NCBI RefSeq assembly: GCF_036971445.1
Contig: NC_091476.1
Location: 10,974,001 to 11,038,000 of the forward strand
Length of the DNA stretch: 64,000 bases
Source: Narcine bancroftii
Lineage: Eukaryota
Direction: 5' to 3'
Under the pieces are notes generated by a model that was not told the origin of the DNA, did no database searches, and saw only the letters and a program-made list of their open reading frames with translations. Below, piece by piece: positions 23,401 through 38,400 of this stretch. The stretch's first letter is position 1, and each line of letters begins with the position of its first letter. Position numbers and translations under genes: made by a program.

Positions 23401-26400
23401 AAGAATTCTGCATTCTATGCCATAAAATTTAAATTTTAATCATTAAGCTTAGTTTTCTGTACCAATATCTTGCTCTCTGAACCAGAAGCAAGGATAGGGT
23501 CAAGTCCTAACTGAAGTCTTCGTTGTTTCTCACAATAGGCTTTCCATGTTTCTTCATTGAAGCCATAGTTAAAATAATCTGAAAGGTCAGCTCCTGAGAA
23601 AAAGCACAGAAACAAAATATGTACAATGTTTGCTCAAGGGTCAATTAATCCAACAGGAATTTTCTCTCCAATGTTTCAAATGGTACATTCGTTCTCATTA
23701 ACTTTACCGCTCCACTTCCCCATCTACCCATATAAATCATAGAAGGATTCATCACGTGCTCCATCTTATCTGCACTGGTCTATCCACGACAATCCAAAGT
23801 TATTGTTTGTTGTCCTTTCACTTTTTATTTTATAGCATATATATCCATCTTTCCTCAGAAAGTTTCCTGGCTCTGCTACACAAAAATGAGAATTACATAA
23901 CAGGCAATTAAACATTAATGGTTTAAAAGTTGTATTCGTTTGTGCAATTAAACCCTTAATCTTGACTCATTTTGATTTGTAACTTTGCCTGCATCAGAAT
24001 CCATTAATAGATTACATTTGAGGCCTTTGCCAACTACTCAGTTATCAAAAGGATTCATAAACTGCTGGGAAGTTGCAGATAATAATCCCGGATTCCTTTG
24101 ACTCCATCAAGATGCCATCAAGCCTCCAGGAACCATATACAGAATATATTAGAAACCGCCGATTTCAGACCTCCAACTCAAAGTGATACTTAAATATGGA
24201 ATTTTGAACGACGCAATTTCTTTTGTGTTCTTTTATTCTTGCTTTATGGGGAGGGTGGGGGAAGGGGGAAAATGTCACTGTGTATATTTTAATGATGAAT
24301 GTTTGTATATATTGCTATTGAAATGGTTCACGGTGAAGTATTTAAAAAAAAAAATTAAAAAGCCTCCTTTCTGGAATTACCACAGGAATAGGAAAGCTGC
24401 TACAAATTCTGTTGTTAATTTTATAAGAGATTTACAAAAATAGGGATTTTATGGTGTGATCAAGAATTGTTGAGCTAAAACACTTCAGGCAAAAAAAAAT
24501 CCAATTATTCTACCAACAATGACCTAACAAAATGGATCTACCTTTGTACATGTACAGCATCAACCACTTTGAAATCAATTAGTTGATTGTAAGGTCATCG
24601 AAGTTTAAATAACAGATATAGAAGCATGCTTTGCCATGTACAAAAAGGGCAAAAGGTCTCACTTTAAATTTACCTGGTTTCCTCCACGGTTTATCTTCAA
24701 ATGAGTCCAAGTCTGCTTCAATCACAGGAATTCCATTAATGCTTCCAGGAGAATCAAAGTCAATGCCTCTAGAATGCAGCTTTGCTAGAAAGAACAGAGC
24801 ACACATGTTATGATTCAATTCACCTGTATGATTCCTATAGCACCTCTTCATAGATTTCCAACACCGGCTAGCCATCTCTATACTCACCTTATTTATCTCC
24901 CACTATGCTACTGACTACTTGAACATTATGGGAATCTGATCAGACTAATAAAAAATATCACTCAAATTATATATACTTATGACAAAGGAGAGGTCATTGT
25001 TCGATCAGATCCATGACTGTTTTGGACTGCTCTGACTGCCAGTACTATTTGTTTCCCTGTGATCTGTTTTCTTAATGCTAGCCCATTATTATTATTCTAA
25101 TCTACCTACTGCCCATTGGCAGTAGGAGCAACTTACAATAGGCAATTCACCTAACAACTAGCGTGTCTTTGGAACGTAGGAGGGAACCAGAGCACCTGCA
25201 GAAATGAAAATCAAATCCTGGTTGCTGGAGCTGTTACATAGCTGCAATACTTCCAGTGTTACTGTGCTACCTTCTTATTAAAAAAGTTATATAAATATAA
25301 TTTTTCAAGGAACAGCGTTTGTTTTTGTGAAGTGCTTTAATCTGTATGAATATATGTATTTGATAGAGTGGATCATTTAAAATAGGAGAATCATACTAAG
25401 AATCCATTAACATTTATTTTAATCATCTCTTCATTCTCTACATAATTTTCCTTTATTTTGATCAGGAAAAAATGGCAAATTAATATTTTAAACAACCTTT
25501 TATTGAAACCAAAACACTGAGTAGATACAATAAATATCTAATGGCTTCAATAATATATTTAATGTTTTAATTGTTAAATCAACTACTTTTGTTGACTTTT
25601 TTTAAAAAATGGTGCATTCTATAGATGTCTCCAAGAACATTGGTCAGCTTTAATTATTCATCTGTGTGGTTTTGTATCACAGGCAGCCATTGAAAAACTA
25701 TCATCAACCTGTTTAACTGTGAGCACCATTGACTGCTCAAAAATACTCCCTAATACTGCACATTGGAACTTCCTCTTTCTTTGGCTTGGCTTCGCGGACG
25801 AAGATTTATGGAGGGGTAAAGTCCACGTCAGCTGCAGGCTCGTTTGTGGCTGACAAGTCCGATGCGGGACAGGCAGACACGGTTGTAGCGATTGCAGGGG
25901 AAAATTGGTGGGTTGGGGTTGGGTGTTGGGTTTTTCCTCCTTTGTCTTTTGTCAGTGAGGTGGGCTCTGCGGTCTTCTTCAAAGGAGGTTGCTGCCCGCC
26001 GAACTGTGAGGCGCCAAGATGCACGGTTTGAGGCGAGATCAGGCCACTGGCGGTGGTCAATGTGGCAGGCACCAAGAGATTTCTTTAGGCAGTCCTTGTA
26101 CCTCTTCTTTGGTGCACCTCTGTCACGGTGGCCAGTGGCGAGCTCGCCATATAACACGATCTTGGGAAGGCGATGGTCCTCCATTCTGGAGACGTGACCT
26201 ACCCAGCAATTACTCATCAAAAACATGATTTTTGTTTTTCTTCTTCCAGGACCATAGGGGCCAATTGATGTGAATTCACTGCTAACCCAGTCAAGAATAG
26301 CCGACACAGCCCAGGACATTACAGGGAAAACCCTCCCCACTATTGAGCACATCTACAAGGAACTCTGCTGCCAGAGGGGAGCAGTGATCATCAAAGACCC

Positions 26401-29400
26401 ACATTACCCAGCACACACTCTGTTCTCACTGCTGCCATCAGGAAAAGGTATAGGTGCCACAAGACTCACTCCACTAGGTTCAAGAACAGATGCTATCCTT
26501 CCACCACCAGAATCCTCAATGACAAAGTCAACCCGAAATCTGATCTGAATCGTAACCCTGGAAATTATTTATTGACAGTGAGCATGATGTCAGTAGTAAG
26601 TAAATTATTGGAAGGTGTTCTAAGAAATCAGATATACAATTATTTAGATTGCCAGTGACTGATTAGGGATGGTCAGTATGGCTTTATGCATGGTAGATCA
26701 CATTTAACTAATTTTACAGAGTTTTTCGAGGAGGTTGCCACGAGAGTTGACAAATGAAAGGCTGTGGATGTTGTCTTTATCATGGTCCCTCATGGGAGGT
26801 TAGCCAAGAACGTTCAAACACTAGGTATTCATGGAGAAGTAGTAAAATAGATTCAACAATGGCTGGTCGAGAGTAATGGTGGATAATTGCTTATCAGATT
26901 GGAGGCCTGTGACTAGTGGTGTGCCTCAGGGATCAATACTGGGATCATTTTTGTTTGTCATCTATATCAATGATCTGGATGATACTGTGGTAAATTGGAT
27001 TAGTAAATTTGCAAATTACACTGAGATTGGAGGAGTTGTGAGCATCGAAGAAGGTTTTCAAAGCTTGCATAGGGATCTGGACCAGCAGATAAAGTGGGAT
27101 GAAAAATGGCAGATGGAATTTAATGCAGACAAGTGTGAGGTGTTGCATTTTGGAAGCACAAACCAAGAAGACATTCATGGTAAATGATAGGGCATGAGGA
27201 GAGAGGGAGAACAGAGCAATCTGGGAATATGGATACATAATTCCCTGAAAGTGGCATCACATGTGGATAGGGTTGTAAAGAAAGCTTTTAGCATAATTAC
27301 CTTCATAAATCAAAGTACTGAGTACAGGAGTTGGGATGTTATGTTAAAGTTATATCAGACATTAGTGAGGCCAATTTTGGAGTATTGTGTGCAGTTTTGG
27401 TCGCCTCACTCTAGGAAGGATATCAATAAGATCGAAAGAGTGCAAAGAAGATTTACTAAGATGTTACCTGGACTTCTGGGACTGAATTACAGAGAAATGT
27501 TAAACAGGTTAGGACTTTATTCCCTGGAGTGCAGAAGAATGAGGGGTGATTTGATAGAGGTATTTAAAATTATGAGGGGGATAGACAAAATAAAGATAGG
27601 CTTTTTTCCATTGAAGGAGGGTGAGATGCAAACAAGAGGATGTGGGTTAAGGGGAAAAGTTTAGGGGGAAACAGGAGGGGGATCTTCTTCATTCAGAAAG
27701 TGGTGGGAGTGTGGAATGAGCTTCCAGCAGAAATTGTAGATATGGGCTCGATTTTAACATTTAAGGGAGATTTGGACAGGACGGGAAAGGTATGGATTGC
27801 TATGAACTGAGTGCAGGTCAGAGGGGCTGAGGTGGCCTCTTTCTGCACTGCAACTGTTCTATGGTAAAAGTCAAATATTGAATGATGTAGATGAATATGG
27901 ACTCAGAAACATTGCTATACACCTATAACTATAGCTCAGTACGACAGCAACACCATCTACAAATTCGCTGATGATACCACCGTAGTGGGCTTATAAATAG
28001 GGCGATGAGTCACCATTCTGGATGGAAACTGAAAACTTGGCTGAATGGTATACCAACAACCTCGCACTCAATGTCACCAAAATCAAGGAGCTGATTGTTG
28101 ACTTCAGGAAGGGAAAACCAGAGGTGTACGATCCAATGATCGTTGGGGGATCAGAGATGGAGAGAGTGATCAAATTTAAGTTCTTGGGAGTCACAATTTT
28201 AGAGGATCTTTCCTTGTCTCAACATATTAATCACGTAGAAAGCACGGCAGTGCCTCTACTTCCTCAGGAGTTTGCAGAGGTTTGATATGCCATCTGAAAC
28301 CCTGGAAAATTTGTACAGATGTGGTGGAAAGTGTGCTGACCGGCTGCATCATGGTCTGGTGTGGGGACACCAATACCCCCGAATGAAAAGCCTTGGTAAC
28401 GAGCACAGCCCATGACATCATGGGTAAAACCCACTCCAGCATCGAGAACATCTACAGGAAACACTGACATCAAAGACCCTCAGCAATCATCAAGGATCCA
28501 TATCACCCAGCACATGCTCTGTTCTTGCTACTACCATCAAGAAAGAGGTAGAGGTGCCATAAGGCTCACACCACCAGGTTCAGGAACAGATGCTACTCCT
28601 CAACAGCAAACTCAATCAGGGACATTTAAAGCCTCTTACTTTTGGACTTTATTGATTTTTTTTTCTCTCTGTACTGCACAGTTTGTATGTTGAGTACACT
28701 ACCAATAAGTGGTATTTCTGCCTTGTTCACAGCTAAAATAATCTCAGGGTTGTATGTGATGTCATGCATGTACTCTGACAATATAAGTGAAATCTAGATC
28801 ACAACATGTGATTCAGAACATCCCACTTAATGAGAATGTTAATGGAGAGCAACATAGATTCAGAACCAAGAACATCCCACTTAATGAGGCTGTTAATGGA
28901 GAGCAACATAGATTCAGAACCAAGAACATCCCACTTAATGAGGCTGTTAATGGAGAGCAACATAGATTCAGAACCAAGAACATCCCACTTAATGAGAATG
29001 TTAATGGAGAGCAACATAGATTCAGAACCAAGAACAAGCATATTACAAAAATAAAACATTTTGAGAAAATCGGAGATAATGAAGACAATTGAAAATGCAG
29101 TATTTTGACAGCACAGCTTGGAAAACACTTTCTCTGGCCAGGATACAAAAATGTAAAACACATTATAGGGGAGAGATTACGGGAAATTTCTATGCACTGT
29201 GTTAAGAGCTTTAGGACTTAACTTAAACATGGTTAACATTACGAAATTAAACACACACACAACCAGAACTCTGGGAAGGTGGCAGAATGGTGGAATTGCC
29301 TTGGGGCTACTTTAGCAAGATACCAGTACAAACTTGATTGATCTACTTTGAACCTTCTATGACATAAGGTTTGTTGTGCAGGTTCAACAGTTTTGGCATT

Positions 29401-32400
29401 GAGCTCAGTCTGTAAACAAAAACATGAGTTCTCAATTTATCCACCAACTGCTGAATAAACCTTCACTAACCTGCAGTAGAGCTATAGGTGCGCCCAGTCT
29501 TCAGATTCAAATTCATTGGTGTGCCCCTATAAAAATCATCAAATTAAAACAATTTCCAAAACACAACTTTAAAATAAATTAGTGTACACAATATGGTGGT
29601 GGTAATACAAACTTGCTTCACTTATTTATCCATTATTTCATCTTACTGTTCAATTGAATGAAAAAATATTTTGGTGTAAATAACTACTTTAAAAAAAACT
29701 TTCATTTGCTCAAAAATAGGATGGTTAGGATTATCAGAAGGCAGTACACCATAAAATATCAACATGCATTTTTACCGTTTACTTGCTATAACAGGTAATT
29801 GGGCCCATTAGATCCATGCCAGCTCCCTGGAGAACAATCCTTCTCGTCTGATTCCCTTGTCTCCTCATTTCCCTGTATTCTTGCAACTTATTTCCTCCCC
29901 ATTTGCCTAACAACTCTCCTTTGATTCTTTTGCCATAAACCTACATTAAGAGTTACTTTACACTAGGTAATTTGTCTACCTGAATGTTTTAGGAATGTGG
30001 GAGGCAATTTTATTAAACATGCAAGCTCATACAACAACGGAGTACCTGGAGCTAAGGAAAAAATGCTAACTACTGCACCCTTTCTAGTAGGTCTCTGATG
30101 ATGCCAATATAACTGTCAACTCAGTTCTTCTCTCTCTCTCCACAAATGTTAGCTGACCTATTGGGTAATTCTAGCATTCTGTTTCACTTCAGATTTCCAA
30201 TGTCTTTAACCGGCCGCCATTAATTTCCTTCTATTTCCTTCATTTAGGTGTTATTAACAAGTCTTTACTAATCTCTCAATTAACAAATCTCAAACAACAC
30301 AGCTTTCTTTATTATCTAATCCTTTCCAGTCTCCATTCTTTCAAGGACTTGCCATTTACTCCTTCTCCCATTCTCTGCAAATTAAAACACTTTTTAATTT
30401 TTTCTAGTTCTGATGAATGGCCATCAACCAGAAATATTGACAATGGCAGAAAGATAAATGCTGCTCAGGCAAAACTTGAAACCTCTGCCATTTCAATACT
30501 GCCATGAAGGTATGATGGCAGCGAGAGATTGGATGAGATGTTACAGTAACTAAATCCTGAAGGAAAGTACCTCTGTATTGCACAATATGAAGGACCAGGC
30601 TAAATCACATCAACAAATCCCTGGGGTGGGAAATGAATTTGCAATTTTTGGCCTGGTACCATTTGTGATTCCGCTAGAATGGACCAAAAGCCTATTTTGT
30701 GCAAACAAGCTAAGAAAGCAACATTGCACAATATTCTCTCTGTTGTTATTAGCAATTTATAGCACTTTGCAAAAGGCATCAGTGTCTACAAATGTGTCTT
30801 CATTTTTTTTTTTAAGTGAAATGTTTGCTGGAGGTATGGTCAAGCAACAGATGATCTTGGGCTATTAACAACTCTAAATTTGAAAAAAAATATAGCTAGT
30901 TTCATTTCTAGCTTTTGAAGCAACCAACAACATGGAAAGATGATGGCCACTTTTCTCTTATGTGGTGGACTTGACAACAGGAAATCCAGCTAAAGGTGGC
31001 CACATACATTCCGGAATGTTATAAAGTTAGCCCAAAGTCAATTTTCATTTGTCTTATTTTGCTAACTTCGGTGAAACAAAGAATACACATTTGTGAGACC
31101 ACGCCACTGCACTTACATATACTGTGGTGCACCCGTTTTAATGTTGCCAATGGTAACCTTCACGTCGTCCTCATCACTGTCACTGTCAGTGTCGTCCTCT
31201 TCACCATTTTGTGACACCTAAAAATACAAAAATCCTTTACAATCACACTGTTCCATCCTCTTCATGCAGATCTGGATAATATTATCAAATAAACTCTATT
31301 GCTAGGTGGTTGATTATTCCTTTTTCAAGAGCTTATCGGGATTCTATTGTCAATTTCTTAGGTCTATTTAAGTTGGGGAAGGAGCACACTGGTGTTTTAA
31401 TAAATTGTAAATCCAGCAGTTCATTGATGAGAGAAAGGATTCTCTGCTCCAAGTGCAAGAATCCTCCAAGAGTAAAGCCAATGTAGTTTCAAATCAGTTT
31501 TTAGGAGTCTGCAATTCAGCTGTGCATCATTTCGGGTTCAGACATTTTGGTGCTCACATTTTGGCAACAGACACTTTAACCAAAAAAAAAGAGGGACTTC
31601 TGTACCCCTTAGGATATTTTGGCACTCACACCTTTTGGATTTGGCCTCAGCTTTGTACACCATGCCAAGCAGTTATTTTTAAAAATAACCCAATTGCCTG
31701 CTGCACGATACTGCAACCAACATCCACGTCTTTCACATGTAGATTCCTTCAAACATTCTGAAGGTGGATCGAGCAAATATTCCAAGACATTGTTTGGCTG
31801 CTTTAGTTCATAGCAGTGAAACTAAAAGGCAACAATTAAGATCAAATGGATCTGCAATGAAAAATATTGAACACACTAGACTCTGCCCTCGTCGTCAGAC
31901 CCTTTTATTAGTCTTTTGTTTCTTTCTTTCATAAACCTCTGTTTTAACTATCTATAATGTCTTATATTTCACGATTTAGAGCGAGTAAAAGCAGAAATTG
32001 GCTTTTCAGACTGATGACCAGAGTTATAAAAAGAAGTTGCAGTACAGGATTATTAACTAGCTCATCCTTCAAATTCTGAAACCTCTTATCAGCAAAATGG
32101 AGAAATTAATGTCATACTAATGCAGCTGGGGTCAAAAGCAGCACCCAAGTACAAGATGACAGAAGTATCTGTACAATCCTTTCAACTAAAGCTGCCGCTC
32201 AGTGGGATAATATTGCAATTTTAAATCTACTGATTCTAAAATTATCCATAAAAATATTTCAACTCAATTAAATAAAGAATGTAATCTAATGATAAAAAAT
32301 AAGAAGAATACTGTTCCAAAACTTACACCTTCAGCCATTTCCAAGTTGTTGACTTTGAATTCAGTTGCCGTCTTCTGCAGTGGTTTTACAGGGTCTTCAT

Positions 32401-35400
32401 TCCTGCATATGCAAATGTATTAAAATGAGTAGCTACAAGTAGGATTAAACAATTTGATACACTTGAAAGGCTTCAAAAACTGCAACATTATGTGACTCCA
32501 TTATTTGCTTTATATTTACAATTAATACATTGATATTTTACAATTGTTGCCTGGAAACTAGAAGTTATGATTATATGCCAATAGCCACACTTTAATTGTG
32601 AGCTTAGATAATGTAGTCATTTGCACAGCAAGATTGCTTTCATAGTTGGTTGGCAAATGTTCAATTTAAAAAAAAATACTTTTTGTGGTGTGCTCCTTTG
32701 TAAAGATAACCTCACAAAACTCCAGCTAATGATAAAGCACAAAATGTATTTTCCACATAGATTTCTATGTGCATTTTTTTTTTATATGCAAAGCTACTGA
32801 ATTAGATACAATATATTAAACCCAAACTTAAATGGTTTCTATTAACCTGCAAAATGTTTATGTCAGTTAACACCTGAGCAAGAAATCCTTTCTGCATAGA
32901 GCCCAAGAATGGAAGTAAAAGAAAAGGATGGGAAAGAGATTTTTATGATACAAGCAAGCAGTTTCTCAAAACAAATGTTTAGTCACAGAAAGTAGATCTC
33001 TGAATGTTTGATAACCTGCTTTATTTCACAAATCTCATCAAAAATATTGCTTGCTGAACTTAGCAATAATAGAGAGCAAAAGTGAACTGAAAAAAAAAAT
33101 CAGTCATAACAAATAATACATTTTGAAAAATAAGCTAAAATATAAAAGTAAATACCAATTATGCAGAGTCCAGATTGGTTTTTAAACCTACACGTTCAGC
33201 AGACTGCATATAAATATTTTTAAAACATTTACAAATGTTTCACAATTCTGGAAAAAAAAACATGAGGATATCTAGCTTGTATGCCAATTAGTTAAAAGAA
33301 CTGAAAAACCAGAGGAATGGAAAAATAGAGCTAGGAAGCCCAGGAGAATAAACTTACATTTTAAATTTCTTTTTCGACCCAAGAGCCCATGCCACCCAAA
33401 TTACACCCAAGTAACTTTCAACCCCGGTACTTTTTGAAGGGTGGGAGGAAACCTTCGCAGATATGGGGAGAACATACAAACTCCTTACAGACAGAGCCAG
33501 ATTCAAACCCAGATCACGGCTACAATAACCACACCACCCTCAAATAGAAACCACCCTGCCAATAAAGAACAGATCAGAAAATAATGAGGCAGATATTTTA
33601 GAATAGCATGGTGATCGCATCTGAAAAGACATGATTAAATAAACCACTTGCACAGAAATACAGGAATATTAAAATGTACAGAGAGCATTTAAAAAGCTTT
33701 CAATTGAATAAAGGGTTAAAACTATAGGACTAATAGCATGAAGGACATCATTCAAATTCTTAATGAAAGAGTAAAGGAATCCAAAGCATCCAATGGAATA
33801 CCATTTTTTAAAAATGAGATACTTACACATCAACCAAAGCCACTTCTTCTTGCTTACCAGGATTTTCGTCTATAAATAAAAGAAAAATGGCATAATTCAA
33901 TGGACAATTTCAAGCTTAATGATTTGGAAAAATAGCCAGAACTGTGCAAAATACACCCTTCAGATTGAAACTGATGGGATGATTGACCAGCCTTGAAATT
34001 GTTGCAATGCTAAACTTCAAGTACACTTTGCATCCAAATGTCATTCTGTTGCTCATTATGTTAAATCTTTGCAGTATAAGTGGATCTCCAGTAGGTAAAC
34101 TTGCACTGTCTGAAGAATATTCCAGTATTGTTTAGTCAGTGGTGGTTTAAAAACTCTTCTCGATGAGCCCTGCATCGTTCTTCAGGGTAGCCTAATTACA
34201 ATAACAGGGTTGTCCTTCATATAATAAAATCTTTAGATAAAAAAGATAAAAACTATCAATACCATTCCCTCAAAACCCCAACCAATTCCATGGCTCCAGC
34301 AATTATTCTCAGGCAAATCCCAATCTCATCTGTGCAGGGATGCTGGAGTTTTCCAAAGTAGGATCATAACCAACCTTTGATTCAGCAGGAATTAATTTAG
34401 TATCATCTTCCTACCAACAGAAACATAATAGTTTACCATTAAAACAGAACCAAAATGATACGCAGGCTAATTGTGTTAAATGATGGAGAGATGGTGTTTT
34501 TGAGTAAACCTCTAGAATTTCCTGTTGGTGGGAATAGTGTGGACATGAAAGATCAGGGTATGAAGGTTAATGGGAAATTGATTCAGAAGAGAACTTGATT
34601 CTAGCATAGATCAACCGTGAATGGAGCAGGCTTGTAACCGGGTGGTTACTCCTTTCCAAATATCTTTTGTCCTTGAATGGACAAAAACTTCATATACAAT
34701 TTTTTGGGGGTACAGGATTCTTCAATTTACAATCATTTCACATACTTTTGTTGCAACTCATTCAACTTTTCAGGCCAGTCATTCTCAATGGCCCCCTGGG
34801 GACTACAGCACATCTAAGAGAGGGGGGCGGGGGGGACATGAACAGAAATTATCATTTTTTTTATATAGTTGGTAGGAGAGAAGTACAGAAGAAACCAACT
34901 AAATTTGACTGTTTCACAGGGAAGGGGGCCCATGAACTCTGAGCAAAGTCTTAAGGGGGCCATGGCCTAAAAAAAGGTTGAGAATGGTGCTTTGGGGTAC
35001 ATGTTCAGTTAAAGAGTAGGGCAGCAAATGGAGGAGAGGCTGGCAGATGCAATGATAGCCAGGCTTGTACGTGATTGTGAAGAAGACGCTGTTACCCATC
35101 TTCACTGATTTGCAGTCTGTAAACAAGAAGTCAAGGATCCATTTGCTGAAGTGGGATGCTGAAGCCTAGATCCCACCCAAAGTTTGGGAATGAGTTTGCT
35201 TGGGACTATATTGGTATTGAAAATAGAAGTGTGGTCTATGGACAGTAGTCTCATATCAGTCTTTAGTAACCATGTATTTCATAGCTGAGTGGAGAGTCAA
35301 GGAGTTGACATCTGCCCTAAATCTGTTTGAATGGTAGGCAAATTGAAATGGGTCAAGGCTGGCTGGTGAGCCATGACCAGCCTCTCAAAGCACTTAATGA

Positions 35401-38400
35401 TGGTGGATGACAGAGCCTCTGGTCATTTTGGCATGATATTGTGTTTCTTTGGATCTGGAAGAAAGTAGGAATTGAAGCCTGTTGCAGGAGGAGACCAAAG
35501 ATTTCTGTGAATGATATGTGCAGGCTAGGGAAATCTTACATGGTCAGTAGTGTTAACAATCCTCAGACAAAATAAAAGCTGGTGTCCAAAATGTTATCAC
35601 TGGAATGAAAAACATGTTACAAAAAGCAAAGATATTATAATGAAGAAAACAGAAAAGGGATTAAAAACAGAATCAGTGTCACCTGCCCCCAAGTTTCATC
35701 CAGGAAAAGCAAGTCATTTAGGAAAGACGAAAGAATGTGGAGGACAGAGGGGTTTTAGTGAATTTGCTGCAAGTCCCAATATGTTGAAGGACAGAAAGTC
35801 TGAGAAAAATCAACTCAACTGCTTAGTATTTGTTTTGTGGGGAGACATCAACTGTATATAGCACGGCAAAAGGGAATTTTCTCAAGCAGAAGCAACTGAA
35901 TATAAATCTTCGTCCGCAAAGCCAAGCCAAAGAGGAGAGAGATATATATATTAAATGTAGTTGGTCAGAGAGAAGCATAGTAGAAACCAAAACTTGACTG
36001 CTTCACAGGACCCACAAACTTTGTGCAGAGTCCTAGGAGAAAAGGTTAAGACTAGCTGGCTTAGACCACTGTGGGCAGTCTGGTTGTCAGATGACAGTAA
36101 GGACGTATTCATGGTGGATGAGTGCTGAGGACATTTACCAGGATTTTACTAGGATCAGAGGACTTTCATTATGGGAAGAGATTGGACATGTAGGATAAAC
36201 AGGCCTTGTTTTCCTGGAGTGATGCAGGTTGAGAGGTATATAAATTAAAAGACATTCATTGGGTAGATAGTCAGTAATTTTTCATCCCATGATAGGGGTA
36301 TCAAAAACAAACCAGCGTAGCTTAAAGGTGAGAGGAAGTTTTTAAAGGGGATGCAATTAGATGTAAATCTAAAGTTGGAACATTTTTTTATTCAACTTGG
36401 CAATGTCCAAAAGTTAGACAATTTTGGTTAGGGGTAGGTAATTTTTTGGGATGAATTAATGGGGTCAAATTCCCACAGGACCTGATGTTATTTTTACTTA
36501 GTAATATTAAGGTTATAAAGCCAAAATTAAATTTAAATATTTATCAAATTGAATTTAGCAGTTTCTAGAAAATGTGTAACAATATCATGGAAGTCAGAAA
36601 TAGATTTAGGCATGAAAGATGGCAGGCAGAACTTCGTGGTTGTACACCATTAGAGAAAATTACTTATAATCTGCGAGATAAATAACATTTTTTGGAAAAT
36701 ATGGAGCCCATATTTATAAAATTTTGGTTTGCATGTATGATTGACTCTGAAGACCTCACTTCTTGGTAACCTCCAATAGATTTTTCTGTATAAATGTTTT
36801 ATTTTCTTGGCATTCTCCAGTTTTTTCTTTCTTTTCTTTTTTGCAGGGGTTGAGTGGATGGGTTGAGGGGGATGGGTGTGTGTGATATATATATATATAT
36901 ATACCACATGTATAATTTTTTTTGAAATAATTGAATGTAATGTAATTACATTGTGGTTAAAAATTTATGTATTAAAAAAGGGGATGCAAGAGGAGTTCTT
37001 TTACAGAACATGGTTGATATCTGAAACTGTCAAAGGAGCTGGTGGAATTGGATACAATCACTAGGTTTAAGAGACTGCTCGACATAAAATGATATCACAG
37101 ATAATCTCTTTTCCACACTGTGTGCTGCCATCTTACTTCTTTCTACAATTGAGTGGGCAAAGCCACTGAGCTGAGGAATGCATGGTTATATGCACAAAAC
37201 CAATAAAGCAAGATCTTTTAGAGGCAGGTTATCTGGCAAGTGCAGAGTATTAGTTAATAAGAAAACAAAATTCAGCAGTTTGTTTCTTTAACAAATGATC
37301 GAGGCAAAAAAAAATGAAGGAAGGAAGAACTTGGATACAAAAGAAAGAGGTGGAAAATGCGAAAAATTTAATTGTGCATTTTTTTTAAAAGAACAAAATT
37401 ATTTGTAGGAAATGAGACCACATTAAATAATTAACTTGCAAGGTTGAAGAGGGTGCTTGTCATTCCAGTAATATAAATCTCCATTTAAAATTTATTAATC
37501 ATATCATTTACAAGTCATAATTTTCCTTAACATGTTAAACAGGCAATCAATCAGTAATAGCAGCAAGTTCATTAAATTCGTAGGAAAGTTCACAGTTATC
37601 TGGTTTCTTTATGAAGTTAACAGTGGGTGCACTGACAAAAGTTGTTGAGCAGTCTACTGATTCTCAATTCATGCTTAATTTTTTCATCTCAGAGTGCTTG
37701 AATTTTCTATTTATTTCAGTTCAGTTTTGCGATGTTTTTCAGTTATCAATTGGTTGACAATATCTGGCCACTTACATTCTTAAACATCCAGGCAAATACA
37801 TCAACTCTTAGATTCTATTAAAAAATTGTCATTAAATATCAGTAATATCTGTATATTCAAAGTCATCCTCAAATCAACTCCTCACCCAAAATTGAACTTC
37901 ACAAAACAATTATCCATCATGCTCCTGATGAGCACATTCTAATAGATCCATTAAAAAATCTAATCTGTGCAAAATTTTCTGCATTTTGGAAAATATTTTG
38001 GGCAAAATGCTTCAATGACGTTACCAGATTGCCATCACAGCAGTTTAAAAATATAAATACCAGTAATAAAAATCAAGACCCAAGTGGATTTTCCAGAGTC
38101 TTTTCCTCCAACAGAGAAATATAATTTCTATTTACACATGCAATTTATTTCATGGACATCAGTGCCCATTATTATTTTTAAATGACATTGCTTCCTCTGG
38201 AATGAACAAGTCAAATGCTGAATGAATAGGTGACCACATTTCAATGCCATTGAATCCACAACTGGCAGTCCTTCTGGAGCTGCTCTGATGGCAATACTGC
38301 CACTGGTGCAGACCCGTGGAGAGCAAAGTCTCAGTGTTCCCCACAGTTCCAACTGCCCAATACAAATGCTGTCAGCTCTGTACAGGCTTTAAGCAGCCTG

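Noticed and set aside
28810-29036. CRISPR-like array or repeat protein ([18 protein letters not shown])n
   Set aside because: Head-to-tail tandem units without unique spacers, in eukaryotic intronic DNA.
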